From: an uncultured Actinomycetes bacterium
GTDB taxonomy: Bacteria > Actinomycetota > Thermoleophilia > UBA2241
DNA length: 64,000 nucleotides
NCBI GenBank assembly: GCA_963709345.1
Contig: CAVPVX010000002.1
Span: forward strand, 1-64,000
Reading direction: 5' to 3'
Every line of letters starts with the position of its first letter. Positions within the stretch are counted from its first letter, which is position 1. Of this stretch, positions 48,905 through 60,016 are shown piece by piece. The notes under the pieces were generated by a model that saw only the letters and a program-made list of their open reading frames with translations, made no database searches and was not told where the DNA came from. The translations under genes and the position numbers were made by a program.

Positions 48905-50169
48905 CGTTCCTCCCAGTCGAACCCGTCTATCACGGATCGGAACGGCCCCGCACGCGGGCCGATGCACGCCGTCGACCACTTCTCCGGGTCATAGTACCGC
49001 CGCACGACCGCCATGACAGCATCATGGTCGACGGCGTCGATGCGTTCCAGAACCTCGTCGACGCTGAGGATCGGCTGCTCGAGCAGGACCGCGCGGCCCA
49101 GGGAGTGCATCCGCGCTCCCGGGCTCTCCATGCTCAAGACGAGGTGTCCCTTGAGATGGTTCTTGGCGCGCTCGATCGCCGTCTCGGAGACGTCCTCACC
49201 CAACTCGCGAATGGCGTCGAGTATGACGATCATGGCCTCCGCCACGGCCTCCTCACGCGAGCCGAAGTACACGCCGGTCAGCCCCGCGTCGGCGTACAGG
49301 GAGGTGTATGAGTACACGGAGTACGCGAGCCCCCGCTTCTCGCGGACCTCCTGGAAGAGGCGCGAGCTCCACGACCCGCCGAGGATCGTGTCGAGCACGA
49401 AGACCGCATAGCGGTCGGGATTCCCCCGCTTGGGCCCGGGACCACCGAGACACACGTGGTACTGCTCGGTGTCCTTCTTCGTGAACCTGGCGACGTGACA
49501 CGGCTCGGGCACGCTGAGCCCGGCGTGGCGGACCACGGCGCCTGGCTCGGGGCGGAAGTGCCTCGAGGTGAGCTCGCAGAGGTGGTCGTGGTCGATGTGG
49601 CCGCTCGCGGCCACCACGATGCCGGGATTCACGTAGTGGGTGTCGTGATACCTGCGTACAGCCTCCAGGTCAAGCCCAGCCAGCGTCTCGGAGTGGCCGA
49701 TGATGGGCCGCCCGAGAGGGTGCTCACCGAAGACGACCTCACAGAGGTCGTCGTGGATGAGCTCGGGCGGCGAGTCCTCGTACATGGCCACTTCTTCGAG
49801 GACGACCTCACGCTCCTGGTCAAGGTCGGCGAAGGTCGGCCGCGCGACCATCTCGGCGATCACCTCGAAAGCGGTGTCGAGGTCGTCGGCGAGCACCCGC
49901 GCGTTGACGAGTGTGTGCTCCTTGGACGTGGACGCGTTCGGCTCGGCACCCATATCGTCGAAGATGTGGGCGATCTGGGCCGCCGAGTAGCGAGCCGACC
50001 CCTTGAAGATGAGGTGCTCGATGAAGTGAGAAACGCCGCCGAGCTCGACCGGCTCGAGCCGGGAGCCGGCGGCGACCCAGAGCCCGAGGGCCACCGAGCG
50101 CACGCTCTCGACGCGCTCGGTGGCCACTCGCAGGCCGTTGTCCAGCGTTGACAGGCGGTAGGCCTCCGT
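48901..50169 (-). CDS. M16-family zinc peptidase (start uncertain)
   Basis: LDNGLRV, SHFIEHLIFKG (HxxEH), SSRLFQEVREKRGLAYSV. Confidence 0.93.
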   Translation of the reverse strand, partial: TEAYRLSTLDNGLRVATERVESVRSVALGLWVAAGSRLEPVELGGVSHFIEHLIFKGSARYSAAQIAHIFDDMGAEPNASTSKEHTLVNARVLADDLDTAFEVIAEMVARPTFADLDQEREVVLEEVAMYEDSPPELIHDDLCEVVFGEHPLGRPIIGHSETLAGLDLEAVRRYHDTHYVNPGIVVAASGHIDHDHLCELTSRHFRPEPGAVVRHAGLSVPEPCHVARFTKKDTEQYHVCLGGPGPKRGNPDRYAVFVLDTILGGSWSSRLFQEVREKRGLAYSVYSYTSLYADAGLTGVYFGSREEAVAEAMIVILDAIRELGEDVSETAIERAKNHLKGHLVLSMESPGARMHSLGRAVLLEQPILSVDEVLERIDAVDHDAVMAVVRRYYDPEKWSTACIGPRAGPFRSVIDGFDWEER

Positions 50170-50196
50170 GGCCTTCTCCCCGCTTCGCTTCGTCCC

Positions 50197-52293
50197 TTAC
50201 TCCGACCCGGGCGCCTTGAGCAGCGTGAGCCCGATGCGGTTGCGCGCCTTGTCGATCTCGACGACCTCGACGGTCACCGTGTCGCCGCGCTTGACGACGT
50301 CCTCTACCGACTTCACGCGCTCGCCCTTCTTGCCGAGGCGCGAGATGTGGAGGAGGCCGTCGGTGCCCTTCTTGAGCTCGATGAAGGCGCCGAAGTCGGT
50401 GGTCTTGACGACCCGGCCGGTGAACACGTCCCCGACCTCGACCTCCTTGGTCATCGCCTGGATGCGGTTCATGACGCCTTCGGCGGCTTCCTGGTCGGGG
50501 GCGCAGATGAAGATCGTGCCGTCGTCCTGGATGTCGATGTCGGCGCTGAACTCCTCGGTCATGCCGCGGATCGTCTCGCCGCCCTTGCCGATGACGAGCC
50601 CGATCTGGTCGGGGTTGATCTGGATGCTGAAGATGCGCGGCGCCCACTGGCTGAGCTCGCCGCGCGGCTCGGCGATGGTCTCGAGCATCTTCCCGAGGAT
50701 GTGGAGCCGGGCCTTGCGAGCCTGCTCGAGCGCCTCGGTGAGGATCTCGAAGGTCACGCCCGTGATCTTGATGTCCATCTGCAGCGCCGTGATGCCCTCG
50801 GCGGTGCCGGCGACCTTGAAGTCCATGTCGCCGAGGTGGTCCTCGACGCCGGCGATGTCGGTGAGGACGACGTAGTCGTCACCTTCCTTGATGAGACCCA
50901 TCGCGGTGCCGGCCACCGGAGCGGTGATCTGCACGCCCGCGTCCATGAGCGAGAGCGTCGAGCCGCAGACGCTGGCCATCGACGAGGAGCCGTTGCTCTC
51001 GAGGATCTCGGACACGATGCGGATCGTGTACGGGAAGTCGACTTCGTTCGGGAGGACGGGGACGAGAGCGCGCTCCGCGAGGGCGCCATGGCCGATGTCG
51101 CGGCGCTTGGGGCCGCGCATGAACCCGGTCTCGCCGACACAGTACGGCGGGAAGTTGTAGTGATGGATGTAGCGCTTCTTCTCCTCTATGCCGAGGCCGT
51201 CGATGCGCTGGAACTCGCCGGTGCCGCCCAGCGTGAGCAGCGTCATCGCCTGCGTCTCGCCGCGAGTGAAGAGGGCGCTGCCGTGCGTGCGCGGAACGAC
51301 GCCGACCTCACAGGTGATCTGCCGGACCTCGTCGGTGGCGCGACCGTCGGGGCGGCGCTTCTCGACGGCGATACGGCGGCGGACGATATCCTTCTCGACC
51401 TTGGCGAGGGCACGCTTGACCTGCATCACGCGCTCGGCCTCGGACTCGTCGGTCAGCAGCTGCTCGATGGCGGCCTTCTTGACCTGCGACGTGGCGTCCT
51501 GGCGAGCCTTCTTGTCGGCGGCCTGAGTGGCGGCGTCGAGTGCCGCGCCGAAGCCGGTGCGCACCTCGTTCAGCACGCCTTCGTCGACGGTGAACTCGGG
51601 CACGTCCCACTTGGGCTTGCCGCACAGCTCGCGAAGCTTGAGCTGCACGTCGACGAGCTTCTTGATGTCTTCGTGCGCGAGGCGCAGAGCCTCGACGATC
51701 ACGCTCTCAGAGACCTGCTGGGCGCCGGCCTCGACCATGACGATGGCGTCGGCGGTACCGGTCACGACGAGGTCGAGATCGGAGTCGTCCTGCAGCTCTT
51801 CCAGACTAGGGTTGATGACCAGCTGGCCGTCGATGCGGCCGACGCGGACCGAGCCGATGGGACCCATGAACGGGATCTCGCTGATCGTCAGCGCCGCGGA
51901 GGCGCCGAGCGTCGCGAGGATGTCGTAGGAGATCTCGTAGTCAACCGACAGCGTCGTCGCGACCACGTGGACCTCGTTCATGAAGCCCTTGGGGAACAGC
52001 GGCCGGATCGGCCGGTCGATCTGACGCGCGCCGAGGATCGCCTTCTCACTCGGGCGGGACTCGCGCTTGATGAAACCGCCGGGGATCTTGCCGGCCGCGT
52101 AATGCCGCTCTTCGACGTCGACGGTCAGGGGGAAGAAGTCCTGCCCCTCCTTCGCGTCTTGACGGGCGGTGGCGGCGACAAGCACCACGCTGTCGCCGCA
52201 GCGCACCAGCACGGAGCCGTTGGCCTGCTTGGCCAAGCGCCCGGTCTCGAGGGTGATCGTCTGACCCCCGACTTCTACTTCCAGAATGTTCAT
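50197..52293 (-). CDS. pnp: Polyribonucleotide nucleotidyltransferase
   Basis: DFFPLTVD, GKIPGGF, SNGSSSMASVCG, GDMDFKVAG, KH and S1. Confidence 0.98.
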   Translation of the reverse strand: MNILEVEVGGQTITLETGRLAKQANGSVLVRCGDSVVLVAATARQDAKEGQDFFPLTVDVEERHYAAGKIPGGFIKRESRPSEKAILGARQIDRPIRPLFPKGFMNEVHVVATTLSVDYEISYDILATLGASAALTISEIPFMGPIGSVRVGRIDGQLVINPSLEELQDDSDLDLVVTGTADAIVMVEAGAQQVSESVIVEALRLAHEDIKKLVDVQLKLRELCGKPKWDVPEFTVDEGVLNEVRTGFGAALDAATQAADKKARQDATSQVKKAAIEQLLTDESEAERVMQVKRALAKVEKDIVRRRIAVEKRRPDGRATDEVRQITCEVGVVPRTHGSALFTRGETQAMTLLTLGGTGEFQRIDGLGIEEKKRYIHHYNFPPYCVGETGFMRGPKRRDIGHGALAERALVPVLPNEVDFPYTIRIVSEILESNGSSSMASVCGSTLSLMDAGVQITAPVAGTAMGLIKEGDDYVVLTDIAGVEDHLGDMDFKVAGTAEGITALQMDIKITGVTFEILTEALEQARKARLHILGKMLETIAEPRGELSQWAPRIFSIQINPDQIGLVIGKGGETIRGMTEEFSADIDIQDDGTIFICAPDQEAAEGVMNRIQAMTKEVEVGDVFTGRVVKTTDFGAFIELKKGTDGLLHISRLGKKGERVKSVEDVVKRGDTVTVEVVEIDKARNRIGLTLLKAPGSE

Positions 52294-52406
52294 CGCTTCC
52301 TTCGTCTCTCTTCTCGCCCGACGCCCAATTGCGCACGGGCATTCTCTCGTCGGCGTGGGTTGGCACGATGCGACGACGGCAGCGCGTCCGGCGCCGCCCG
52401 AGTGGT

Positions 52407-52676
52407 CTACTTGCGGAGCTGAAGCTCCTTGACGAGCGCGCGATAGCGCTCCAGGTCGCGCGCCTGCAGATAGTTGAGCAGACGACGACGCTGACCGACC
52501 ATCTTGAGCAGGCCGCGCCTGCTGTGATGGTCCTTCTTGTGTGTCTTGAGGTGGTCGGTGAGGGTCTCGATGCGCGCGGTGAGGAGCGCTATCTGTACCT
52601 CGGGGGAGCCGGTGTCGCCGTCGTGCTTGGCGTGCTTGGCGATGATGGTCTCTTTTGCGTCTTTGGTGACTGCCAT
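52407..52676 (-). CDS. rpsO: 30S ribosomal protein S15
   Basis: [22 protein letters not shown]. Confidence 0.98.
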   Translation of the reverse strand: MAVTKDAKETIIAKHAKHDGDTGSPEVQIALLTARIETLTDHLKTHKKDHHSRRGLLKMVGQRRRLLNYLQARDLERYRALVKELQLRK

Positions 52677-52806
52677 GTGTCTCACCTCCCTCTGGGGAGC
52701 ATCCGGAAACCCAGTCGCGGGTAGGCGGCCCGTGACCGAGAAAGCGGTCGCGATAGACTAGCACAGGCAACGGCGCCCGAGAAACCGGACGGAACGCAAG
52801 AAAGGT

Positions 52807-53787
52807 TCAGGCGGCGTGCCCCGGCAGCGGCCGCAGCCCGACCTCCGCCAGCGCCGCGTCCTCGAGTCCCCCCGTCGCGGCGATGTCGCGGCGCATCTGC
52901 GCGACCAGCTCGTCAGGACCGGCAAAGCGCCGCTCGTCGCGGATCTTGTGCAGGAAGTCGAGGCGAATCTCGCGATCGTAGATGTCGCCCTCGAAGCCGA
53001 GCAGGAACGCCTCGACGGTCACGTGGGTGGTCTCTTCGTCTCGGCTCTGGAACGTCGGGTTGTGGCCGATGTTCACGGCGGCGCGGTACCATGCCCCGCC
53101 GACGTGAGCTCTGGCCACGTACACCCCGCGGCCGGGAAAGATCGTCCCGGCCTCGACGTCGACGTTGGCCGTCGGCACGCCGAGCGTGCGGCCACGCTTG
53201 TCCCCGTGGACCACGACGCCGGCCGCCGACGGCGGTCGGCCCAGGATCCGGCGTACCTCTTCGAGCTCGCCGTCGTGCAGAAGCCGGCGGATGCGCGTCG
53301 AGCTGATCGTGCCGCTGCCCTCCGTCACGAGCGGCACGACCACCGTCTCGAAGCCGTGCGCGGCGCCACACTCACGCAGGCGCACCGCGTCTCCGGCGCC
53401 GGCGGCGCCGAAGTTGAAGTTCTCGCCCACGACAACGACCTGCGCGTGGAGGGTGGCGCTCAGCAACTCCGAGCAGAACGCGGACGGGGTCAGAGCCGCC
53501 ATGGCGTCGTCGAACGGCAGGACGACGATCTCGTCCGGGCCGAGTTGGGCGATCAGACGGACCTTCTCCTCGAGCGACGTCAGCAGCCTCGGCACACGGG
53601 CCGGGTCGACGACCGCCAGGGGGTGCCTGTCGAACGTCACCACCGCGCAGCCGATGTCCCGTGCGGAGGCGAGCTCGCTGGCTCTGCGGATGACCGCGCG
53701 ATGCCCGGCATGGACGCCGTCGAAGGTCCCGAGAGCCAGTGCTCTCGGGCGCGTTGCGACGGCGGCCAGGTCGGTGACAAGCTCCAT
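52807..53787 (-). CDS. ribF: Bifunctional riboflavin kinase/FAD synthetase
   Basis: GTFDGVHAGH, ISSTRIR, GRTLGVPTAN, GVY. Confidence 0.96.
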   Translation of the reverse strand: MELVTDLAAVATRPRALALGTFDGVHAGHRAVIRRASELASARDIGCAVVTFDRHPLAVVDPARVPRLLTSLEEKVRLIAQLGPDEIVVLPFDDAMAALTPSAFCSELLSATLHAQVVVVGENFNFGAAGAGDAVRLRECGAAHGFETVVVPLVTEGSGTISSTRIRRLLHDGELEEVRRILGRPPSAAGVVVHGDKRGRTLGVPTANVDVEAGTIFPGRGVYVARAHVGGAWYRAAVNIGHNPTFQSRDEETTHVTVEAFLLGFEGDIYDREIRLDFLHKIRDERRFAGPDELVAQMRRDIAATGGLEDAALAEVGLRPLPGHAA

Positions 53788-54698
53788 CAGAGCTTGACCA
53801 GCAGCTTCATGGCATGACCCTCATCGGCCGGCCCGTAGATCGCCACGAGCTCCCCGCGAAACGTGAGCCGCACCGGCTCGCGCGGGCCGCCGGGGAGCCG
53901 GGCGCCGTTGCGCACCGCGGCCACCTGCGCGGCCGACAGCTCGATCCCAGGCATGAACTGGAGTGCGACGGCCGGGGGCACCAGGCCGGGGATGTGGTCG
54001 TCGCCGGCCTCGCGGCTCTCGAGAGCCTCCTCGAAGGCGGGCAGGCTCTGCGCTTCGGTCAGCCGCAGGTCGCCGGTCGCCGTACGCGCCAACTGCTCGA
54101 GGTGGGCGCCGGCGCCGACAGCCTCCCCCATGTCGATGGCGAGCTGGCGCACGTACGTTCCCTTGGAGCAGGCGATGCGGCAACGCATGGTCTGGGCAGG
54201 CTCGTCGAAGCCGAGGACTTCGATGCCGCCGATCTCGACCTCCTTGACCGGGGTCTCTACCGTCTCACCGCGGTGGGCCTTCTTGTAGAGGCGCTCCCCG
54301 CCCACCTTGACGGCGGACGTCATCGGGACGCTCTGCAAGATGGTCCCGATGAAGTCGGGCAGCACCGCCTCGACCTCCGCCGGCGAGGTCGTCAGGCCGG
54401 TCTCGGACAGCTCCCCGGTGAGGTCGCCGGTGTCCGAGCGCACGCCGAAGCGCAGGGTGCACTCATACTCCTTCGGGAGGTCGACGAAGAAGCGCGCGAG
54501 CTTCGTCGCGCGCCCGACGAGCACGACGAGCAGACCGGTTGCGAACGGATCCAGCGTGCCGGCATGGCCGACCTTCTTCACGCCGGGGCGCAGCCGGCTC
54601 CGGACGCGGGCCACGACGTCGTGCGATGTGAAGCCCACGGGCTTGTCGATCAGGAGGATCCCGTCGAGAGGCGCCTTTCGAGTTCTGAACTGAGCCAT
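53787..54698 (-). CDS. truB: tRNA pseudouridine(55) synthase
   Basis: [32 protein letters not shown]. Confidence 0.97.
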   Translation of the reverse strand: MAQFRTRKAPLDGILLIDKPVGFTSHDVVARVRSRLRPGVKKVGHAGTLDPFATGLLVVLVGRATKLARFFVDLPKEYECTLRFGVRSDTGDLTGELSETGLTTSPAEVEAVLPDFIGTILQSVPMTSAVKVGGERLYKKAHRGETVETPVKEVEIGGIEVLGFDEPAQTMRCRIACSKGTYVRQLAIDMGEAVGAGAHLEQLARTATGDLRLTEAQSLPAFEEALESREAGDDHIPGLVPPAVALQFMPGIELSAAQVAAVRNGARLPGGPREPVRLTFRGELVAIYGPADEGHAMKLLVKL

Positions 54699-55627
54699 GC
54701 CGTCACCTCCTCAGGAGAGTCATCGCTGGAGAAGCCGGCGGCAAGCCGGTGGCCGCCGCCGCCCTTGAGCGCCGCCACGGCGCTCACGTCGAGCGTGCTG
54801 GAGCGCAAGCTCACGCGCACACGCGGCGTCCCCGCCTGTTCCTTGACCAGCGCGGCGGCCTCGACGCCGATCACGCTGCGGAGGCTCTCGACGATGCCCT
54901 CCGTCTCGTGCTCGCCGGCCCCGGCGACTGCATAGTCGGCGCGCAGCAGCGTGGCCACCAGCGCCCGGCCGCCTGCTGCGGCGCCCGCGGCGTCAACGGC
55001 GCGCGCCCACAGCCGCAGGGCGGCCGCCGAGCGCTGCTCGTACAGCTCGGCGTACACCGAGGTGACGTCCACACCGGCGTCGACCAGCCACGCCGCAGTG
55101 CGAAACGTCGACGCCGAAGTCGAACTGTGCCGGAAGTGCCCCGTGTCGAACGAGATGCCGGCGTACAACGCCGTAGCCGCCACCGGAGACGGCGTCAGCC
55201 CCAGACCCCGGGCGACGTCGCAGACGAGCTCGCTCGTGCTGCTCGCGGCGCCGCAGACCAGACGCAGGTCACCGAACGTCACGTTGTCGTGATGATGGTC
55301 GATGGTGACCACGAAGCCGCTCCACGAGGCGATCGGCAGAGCCACCCTGGCGAAGCCCCCGCAGTCGAGGACGTACAGGGGAACATCCGGCGGCGGTGCA
55401 TCGCGAACGACCATCACGCCTCCCAGCAGAAGCTGCTCGAGCGGAAGCCGCTCGTCGGGCGCGACGTACAGCGCCGCCTGCACGCCCAGCCGCGCGAACA
55501 GATCGGCCATACCGGCAGCCGCACCCAGCGCGTCGGCGTCCGGCTTCTCGTGGACGGCCAGAGCGACGGACGTCTCGGAGCGCATCCGCCGACAGACGGC
55601 CGCGACGTCGGCGCGGAGCGCCTTCAA
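54650..55627 (-). CDS. nrnA: DHH/DHHA1 phosphoesterase (NrnA-like)
   Basis: [24 protein letters not shown]. Confidence 0.9.
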   Translation of the reverse strand: MKALRADVAAVCRRMRSETSVALAVHEKPDADALGAAAGMADLFARLGVQAALYVAPDERLPLEQLLLGGVMVVRDAPPPDVPLYVLDCGGFARVALPIASWSGFVVTIDHHHDNVTFGDLRLVCGAASSTSELVCDVARGLGLTPSPVAATALYAGISFDTGHFRHSSTSASTFRTAAWLVDAGVDVTSVYAELYEQRSAAALRLWARAVDAAGAAAGGRALVATLLRADYAVAGAGEHETEGIVESLRSVIGVEAAALVKEQAGTPRVRVSLRSSTLDVSAVAALKGGGGHRLAAGFSSDDSPEEVTAWLSSELERRLSTGSS

Positions 55628-56076
55628 CCCGGCTCCTCGTCGCCGGCGGCGGGCAGCGCGTCACCGGGCGCGTCTGAGTCCGCGTCCACGACCGCCTCAC
55701 CGTCGACGACGATCTCCGGCGGCTCGCTGCCGAGCACCTCTTCTTCGGCCTTCATGAGCTTCTCGATGCGCAGGGCGTTGTCGAGCGTGTCGTCATAGAA
55801 GAACTGCAGCTGAGGAGTCCGTTTCATGCGCACGGCGGCATTGATGCGCGTCTGCAGGAAGCCGCGAGACTTCTCCAGCGCCTGCATGGTCGCCTCCTGC
55901 TCGGCCTTCTTGCCGAGCACGCTCACGAAGACCTTGGCGTGCCGCAGATCGGCAGTCGTCTCGACGCCGGTCACCGTGACGAACCCGATCCGCGGGTCCT
56001 TGAGACCTTCCACGGTGATGACGCGCGACAATGTCTCCTTGATGTTCTCGTTGATCCTCAGGAGTCGATGTCCCAT
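55624..56076 (-). CDS. rbfA: Ribosome-binding factor A
   Basis: KDPRIGFVTVT, DLRHAKV, TPQLQFFYD. Confidence 0.96.
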   Translation of the reverse strand: MGHRLLRINENIKETLSRVITVEGLKDPRIGFVTVTGVETTADLRHAKVFVSVLGKKAEQEATMQALEKSRGFLQTRINAAVRMKRTPQLQFFYDDTLDNALRIEKLMKAEEEVLGSEPPEIVVDGEAVVDADSDAPGDALPAAGDEEPG

Positions 56077-56381
56077 ACCGCCTCCACAGTGTCGCAGGTC
56101 TTCAGGAGGACGCGCGCCACCTCGTAGTCGCGTCCATGGAGGTAGCGGTCGACGTCGTCGATGTGCTCGCGCGCCTGCTGCAGCGACGAAGCCGCCAGCA
56201 CGATGAGCACCCGGGCCCGCTGCCAGGCGTCGTGCAGACCGACCTCGCTGAAAGACGCCTGGAAGCGGGCGCGCACGGTATCGCGGAGCGAAGCCAGCGG
56301 CGCCCGCTTGTCCTTCAGCGAGCGCGCCGCCGGGAAGTGCAGCTCCGCGAGCAGGACGCCGATGCAGGCATCATGCCTCAC
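56058..56381 (-). CDS. DUF503 (YlxP-like) protein
   Basis: LHFPAARSLKDKR...F.ASFSEVG.HDAWQR; canonical infB-rbfA position. Confidence 0.85.
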   Translation of the reverse strand: MRHDACIGVLLAELHFPAARSLKDKRAPLASLRDTVRARFQASFSEVGLHDAWQRARVLIVLAASSLQQAREHIDDVDRYLHGRDYEVARVLLKTCDTVEAVWDIDS

Positions 56382-58449
56382 GGGCGACTTCTCTGGTCTC
56401 GTACGCCTCCAGCACGTCGCCTTCTTTGACGTCGTTGAAGCCGTCGAGCAGAATGCCGCACTCGAACCCTTCGGCGACCTCCCGCGTGTCTTCGGAGAAG
56501 CGCTTGAGGGAGCCCATCTTGCCGTCGTGGGCGACCACGTCGTTGCGCAACACGCGAACTCTGGCGTTGCGCGTGACGACGCCGTGCGTGACCATGCAAC
56601 CCGCAATGGTGCCGAGCTTGGACGCCTTGAAGATCGTGCGCACCTCGGCCTGGCCGAGGACGACCTCTTCGATCGTAGGCTTGAGCATGCCGACCAGAGC
56701 CGCGGTGATGTCTTCGGTGACCTTGTAGATCACGCGATACGTGCGGACGTCCACTCCCTCGCTCTCGGAGAGCGTCGTGGCCGCGGGGCTCGGACGTACG
56801 TTGAAGCCGATGATGATGGCGGCGGACGCGCTCGCCAGCATGACGTCGTTCTCGTTGATCCCGCCCACGCCCGAGTGTATGACCCTGACCTTGACCTCGG
56901 GGTGCTGGATCTTGAGCAGCGCGTCCCTGAGGGCCTCGAGGCTGCCCTGCACGTCGGCCTTCACGACAAGATTGAGGTCGAGCACCTTGCCGGCGGCGAT
57001 GCGCGCGAAGACGTCGTCGAGCGTGAGCGCACGCTGCTTCGCCAGCGCCTCTGTCTTGAGCCGGTTGGCGCGCCTATGCGCCAGCGACCGCGCCGACCGC
57101 TCGTCCTTGACGACCCGGCAGAACTCGCCGGCGACGGGCAGTTCGTCGAAGCCGATGATCTCGACCGGCGTCGACGGCCCCCCGCTCTTCAGTGGCTCGC
57201 TGCGGAAGTCGCGCATGGCGCGCACGCGGCCGCTCGCCTCGCCGGCGACGATCGCGTCGCCGACGTTCATGGTGCCGCGATTGATGAGCACCGTGGCCAC
57301 CACGCCACGCCCCGGGTCGACGCGAGACTCGATCACGAACCCGCTGGCCGGAGCCTCGGGGTTGGCCTTGAGGTCGGCCACCTCGGCCACCAGAAGGAGC
57401 ATGTCGAGGAAGTCGTGGAGGCCGATGCGCTTCTTGGCGCTGGCTTCGACGAACACCGTGTCGCCGCCCCACTCCTCCGGGATGATGCCCCGCTCGCTGA
57501 GCTGCTGCTTGAGCCGCTCGACATTGGCCTCCGGCTTGTCGATCTTGTTCACAACGATGACGATCGGCACCTGCGCCGCCTTGGCGTGGTCGATCGCCTC
57601 CACCGTCTGCGGCATGACGCCGTCGTCGGCGGCCACCACGATCGCGGCGATGTCGGTGACCTTGGCGCCGCGGGCGCGCATGGCCGTGAACGCGGCATGC
57701 CCGGGCGTGTCGATGAACGTGATCATTTGCCCGTTGTGCTTCACCTGGTAGGCGCCGATGTGCTGCGTGATGCCGCCGGCCTCGCCGGCGGCGACCTCCG
57801 TCTCGCGGATGGCGTCGAGCAGGCTCGTCTTGCCGTGGTCGACGTGGCCCATGACGGTGATCACGGAGGCGCGCGGCTGGAGGTCGTCGGGATCGTCGAT
57901 GGCCGCCTTCTCGAGATCCGCCTCTTCATCGGCCGCGTGCGTGATCTCGATCTCGCGCTCGAAGTCGGTGGCGAGCACCTCGATGGCCTCGTCGCTCAGG
58001 GTCTGCGTGATGGTGACCATCTCGCCGTACCCCATCAAGGCCTTGATGATGTCCGGCGTGGAGATGCCGAACAGCTGCGAAACGTCCTTGACCGACGAGC
58101 CCGACGGGACCTTGACCAGGCCCGTCGGGACGACAGGAGCGACGTGCTGCTCTTCGCGGTCGCGGCCACGATTGCGCCCGCGCCCACGGCCGCGGCCGCC
58201 CTGAGGCGCGCCGCCGCGCCGGGAAGCGCCGGCGTCGATGATCACCCGGCGTTTCTTGCCGCCGGGGCCGCTGCTGCGACGCCGGACGGCGCCCGCCGCC
58301 GGGGCGGCGTACGCTTTCTCGATCGCTTCCTCGTCGACGTTGACTTCGCCGTCAACGACCTCGATGCCCGCCTTCTTGAGGTGGGCGAGCACATCGTCGA
58401 CGCTCGTCTTCCGCTGGGTCGCGATGTCCGAGACTTTACGTTTCGCCAT
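56371..58449 (-). CDS. infB: Translation initiation factor IF-2
   Basis: [31 protein letters not shown]. Confidence 0.98.
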   Translation of the reverse strand: MAKRKVSDIATQRKTSVDDVLAHLKKAGIEVVDGEVNVDEEAIEKAYAAPAAGAVRRRSSGPGGKKRRVIIDAGASRRGGAPQGGRGRGRGRNRGRDREEQHVAPVVPTGLVKVPSGSSVKDVSQLFGISTPDIIKALMGYGEMVTITQTLSDEAIEVLATDFEREIEITHAADEEADLEKAAIDDPDDLQPRASVITVMGHVDHGKTSLLDAIRETEVAAGEAGGITQHIGAYQVKHNGQMITFIDTPGHAAFTAMRARGAKVTDIAAIVVAADDGVMPQTVEAIDHAKAAQVPIVIVVNKIDKPEANVERLKQQLSERGIIPEEWGGDTVFVEASAKKRIGLHDFLDMLLLVAEVADLKANPEAPASGFVIESRVDPGRGVVATVLINRGTMNVGDAIVAGEASGRVRAMRDFRSEPLKSGGPSTPVEIIGFDELPVAGEFCRVVKDERSARSLAHRRANRLKTEALAKQRALTLDDVFARIAAGKVLDLNLVVKADVQGSLEALRDALLKIQHPEVKVRVIHSGVGGINENDVMLASASAAIIIGFNVRPSPAATTLSESEGVDVRTYRVIYKVTEDITAALVGMLKPTIEEVVLGQAEVRTIFKASKLGTIAGCMVTHGVVTRNARVRVLRNDVVAHDGKMGSLKRFSEDTREVAEGFECGILLDGFNDVKEGDVLEAYETREVAREA

Positions 58450-58454
58450 TCACC

Positions 58455-58727
58455 TCACCGCCTTTCGTCTTCCCCGCGACGCGCGAACGCATCACGCACG
58501 CTGGGATCAAGAGTGACCGGGCCGCGGAAGGCACGCGCTAACGCGCGCCGCTTCTCCGCGGTCTCCAGGCAACTCTCTTCTGGACAGACATATGCGCTCC
58601 TGCCGGAATCTCCCGGCCGCGCGAGGATGATGCCGCCGTTCACCAGCGACAGGCGCACGAGCTCGTCCTGGCCCCGCCGTCTGCGGCAGCCCACGCACGT
58701 GCGCTCTGGGGTGGTCACGACCGTCAC
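58455..58727 (-). CDS. ylxR: YlxR/DUF448 RNA-binding protein
   Basis: PERTCVGCR, GRSAYVC...C. Confidence 0.9.
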   Translation of the reverse strand: MTVVTTPERTCVGCRRRRGQDELVRLSLVNGGIILARPGDSGRSAYVCPEESCLETAEKRRALARAFRGPVTLDPSVRDAFARRGEDERR

Positions 58728-60016
58728 TCCTCGCCGGCGTCTGTCGCCTCGGCCGTGGCCTCGCCGGCCTCGGCCGTCTCCACCTCGGCCTCGCCCTCGG
58801 GCCCGACGTAGTCGACGTGGATGCTGCAGTAGCGTGTTCCCGCCTCGGCCTGATTGGGGCAGCGCTTGCCGGTCCGCATGATCGCCATGCACTGACCGTC
58901 CACGCCATCCTCGTCAGCGTACTCGTTGCGGCTCTCGGCCTCGGCCATCTGCTGCTGACTCTTGATGTCGATGCGCCATCCCGTGAGCTTGCTGGCAAGC
59001 CGGGCGTTCTGGCCCTCTTTCCCTATCGCCAGCGAGAGTTGATCGTCCGGCACGATGATGGTGGCCGTCTTCTCGTCGTCGTCGACGATGACCTCACGTA
59101 CGCGGGCGGGCGAGAGAGCCTTGGCGACGTAGCGCGCGGCGTCCTCGTTGTACGGGATGATGTCGATACGCTCGCCACGCAGCTCGCTGACCACCATGCG
59201 CACGCGCGAGCCGCGAGGGCCGACACAGGCGCCGACCGGATCCACCCCGTCGGCGCTCGAGATCACGGCGATCTTGCAGCGCCCGGGCACGGGCTTGCCG
59301 TCGCGTCCGCGGTAGCCGGTCTCGCGCGCCACCTGCTTGATGTGGACGAGGCCGTCGGCGATCTCCGGCACCTCGAGCTCGAACAGCTTGTGCACAAGTT
59401 CCTCACTCCGCCTCGAGAGCTTGACCTGCGGCCCCTTGGCGGAGTCTTCGACGCGCACGATGACGGCCTTGATACGCGCGCCGTGATCGTAGTGCTCGGT
59501 CTCGATCTGCTCGCCGCGCGGCAACTCGGCCTCGACGCGCCCCAGCTCGACGAGCGTGTTGTGCCGCGGGTCGCTCTGCTGCACGATGCCGGTGACGAGC
59601 TCACCGACACGATCGATGTACTCGTCGTACATCAGATCCCGCTCGGCCTCGCGGATGCGCTGCAGGATGACCTGCTTCGCGGTCATCGCGGCGATGCGCC
59701 CGAAGTCGTCGGGAGTCACCTCGAGGCGCTCGACCTCGCTCATGTCGACGCCGCTGAGGTCGAGCCCCACCTCTTCGCCGGTCTCCTCGTCGTGCACCTT
59801 GAGCGTGGTGACGTCGACGTGGTCCGGGAAGATGAGCTCGAAGACGCGCATGTCGCCCGTCTCCGTGTCGATCTCGACGGCCGCGAACTCGGCCGCGTCG
59901 GGGGACTTCTTGTAGGCGGAGAGGAGTGCGTCCTCGAGAGCCTCGACGAGCGCCTCGAAGGCGATGCCCTTCTCGCTCTCGATCTGACGCAGAGCCTCGA
60001 TGATCTCTCTACTCAC
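58724..60016 (-). CDS. nusA: Transcription termination factor NusA with extra C-terminal CCCH motif
   Basis: FGRIAAMTAKQ, EVPEI, DPVGACVG.RGSR, LSLAIGKEGQNARLA. Confidence 0.97.
   Translation of the reverse strand: MSREIIEALRQIESEKGIAFEALVEALEDALLSAYKKSPDAAEFAAVEIDTETGDMRVFELIFPDHVDVTTLKVHDEETGEEVGLDLSGVDMSEVERLEVTPDDFGRIAAMTAKQVILQRIREAERDLMYDEYIDRVGELVTGIVQQSDPRHNTLVELGRVEAELPRGEQIETEHYDHGARIKAVIVRVEDSAKGPQVKLSRRSEELVHKLFELEVPEIADGLVHIKQVARETGYRGRDGKPVPGRCKIAVISSADGVDPVGACVGPRGSRVRMVVSELRGERIDIIPYNEDAARYVAKALSPARVREVIVDDDEKTATIIVPDDQLSLAIGKEGQNARLASKLTGWRIDIKSQQQMAEAESRNEYADEDGVDGQCMAIMRTGKRCPNQAEAGTRYCSIHVDYVGPEGEAEVETAEAGEATAEATDAGEE

Noticed and set aside
50197-52770. 857-aa N-terminally extended PNPase
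   Set aside because: The extension overlaps rpsO in another frame; the real start is ATG 52293 with an RBS
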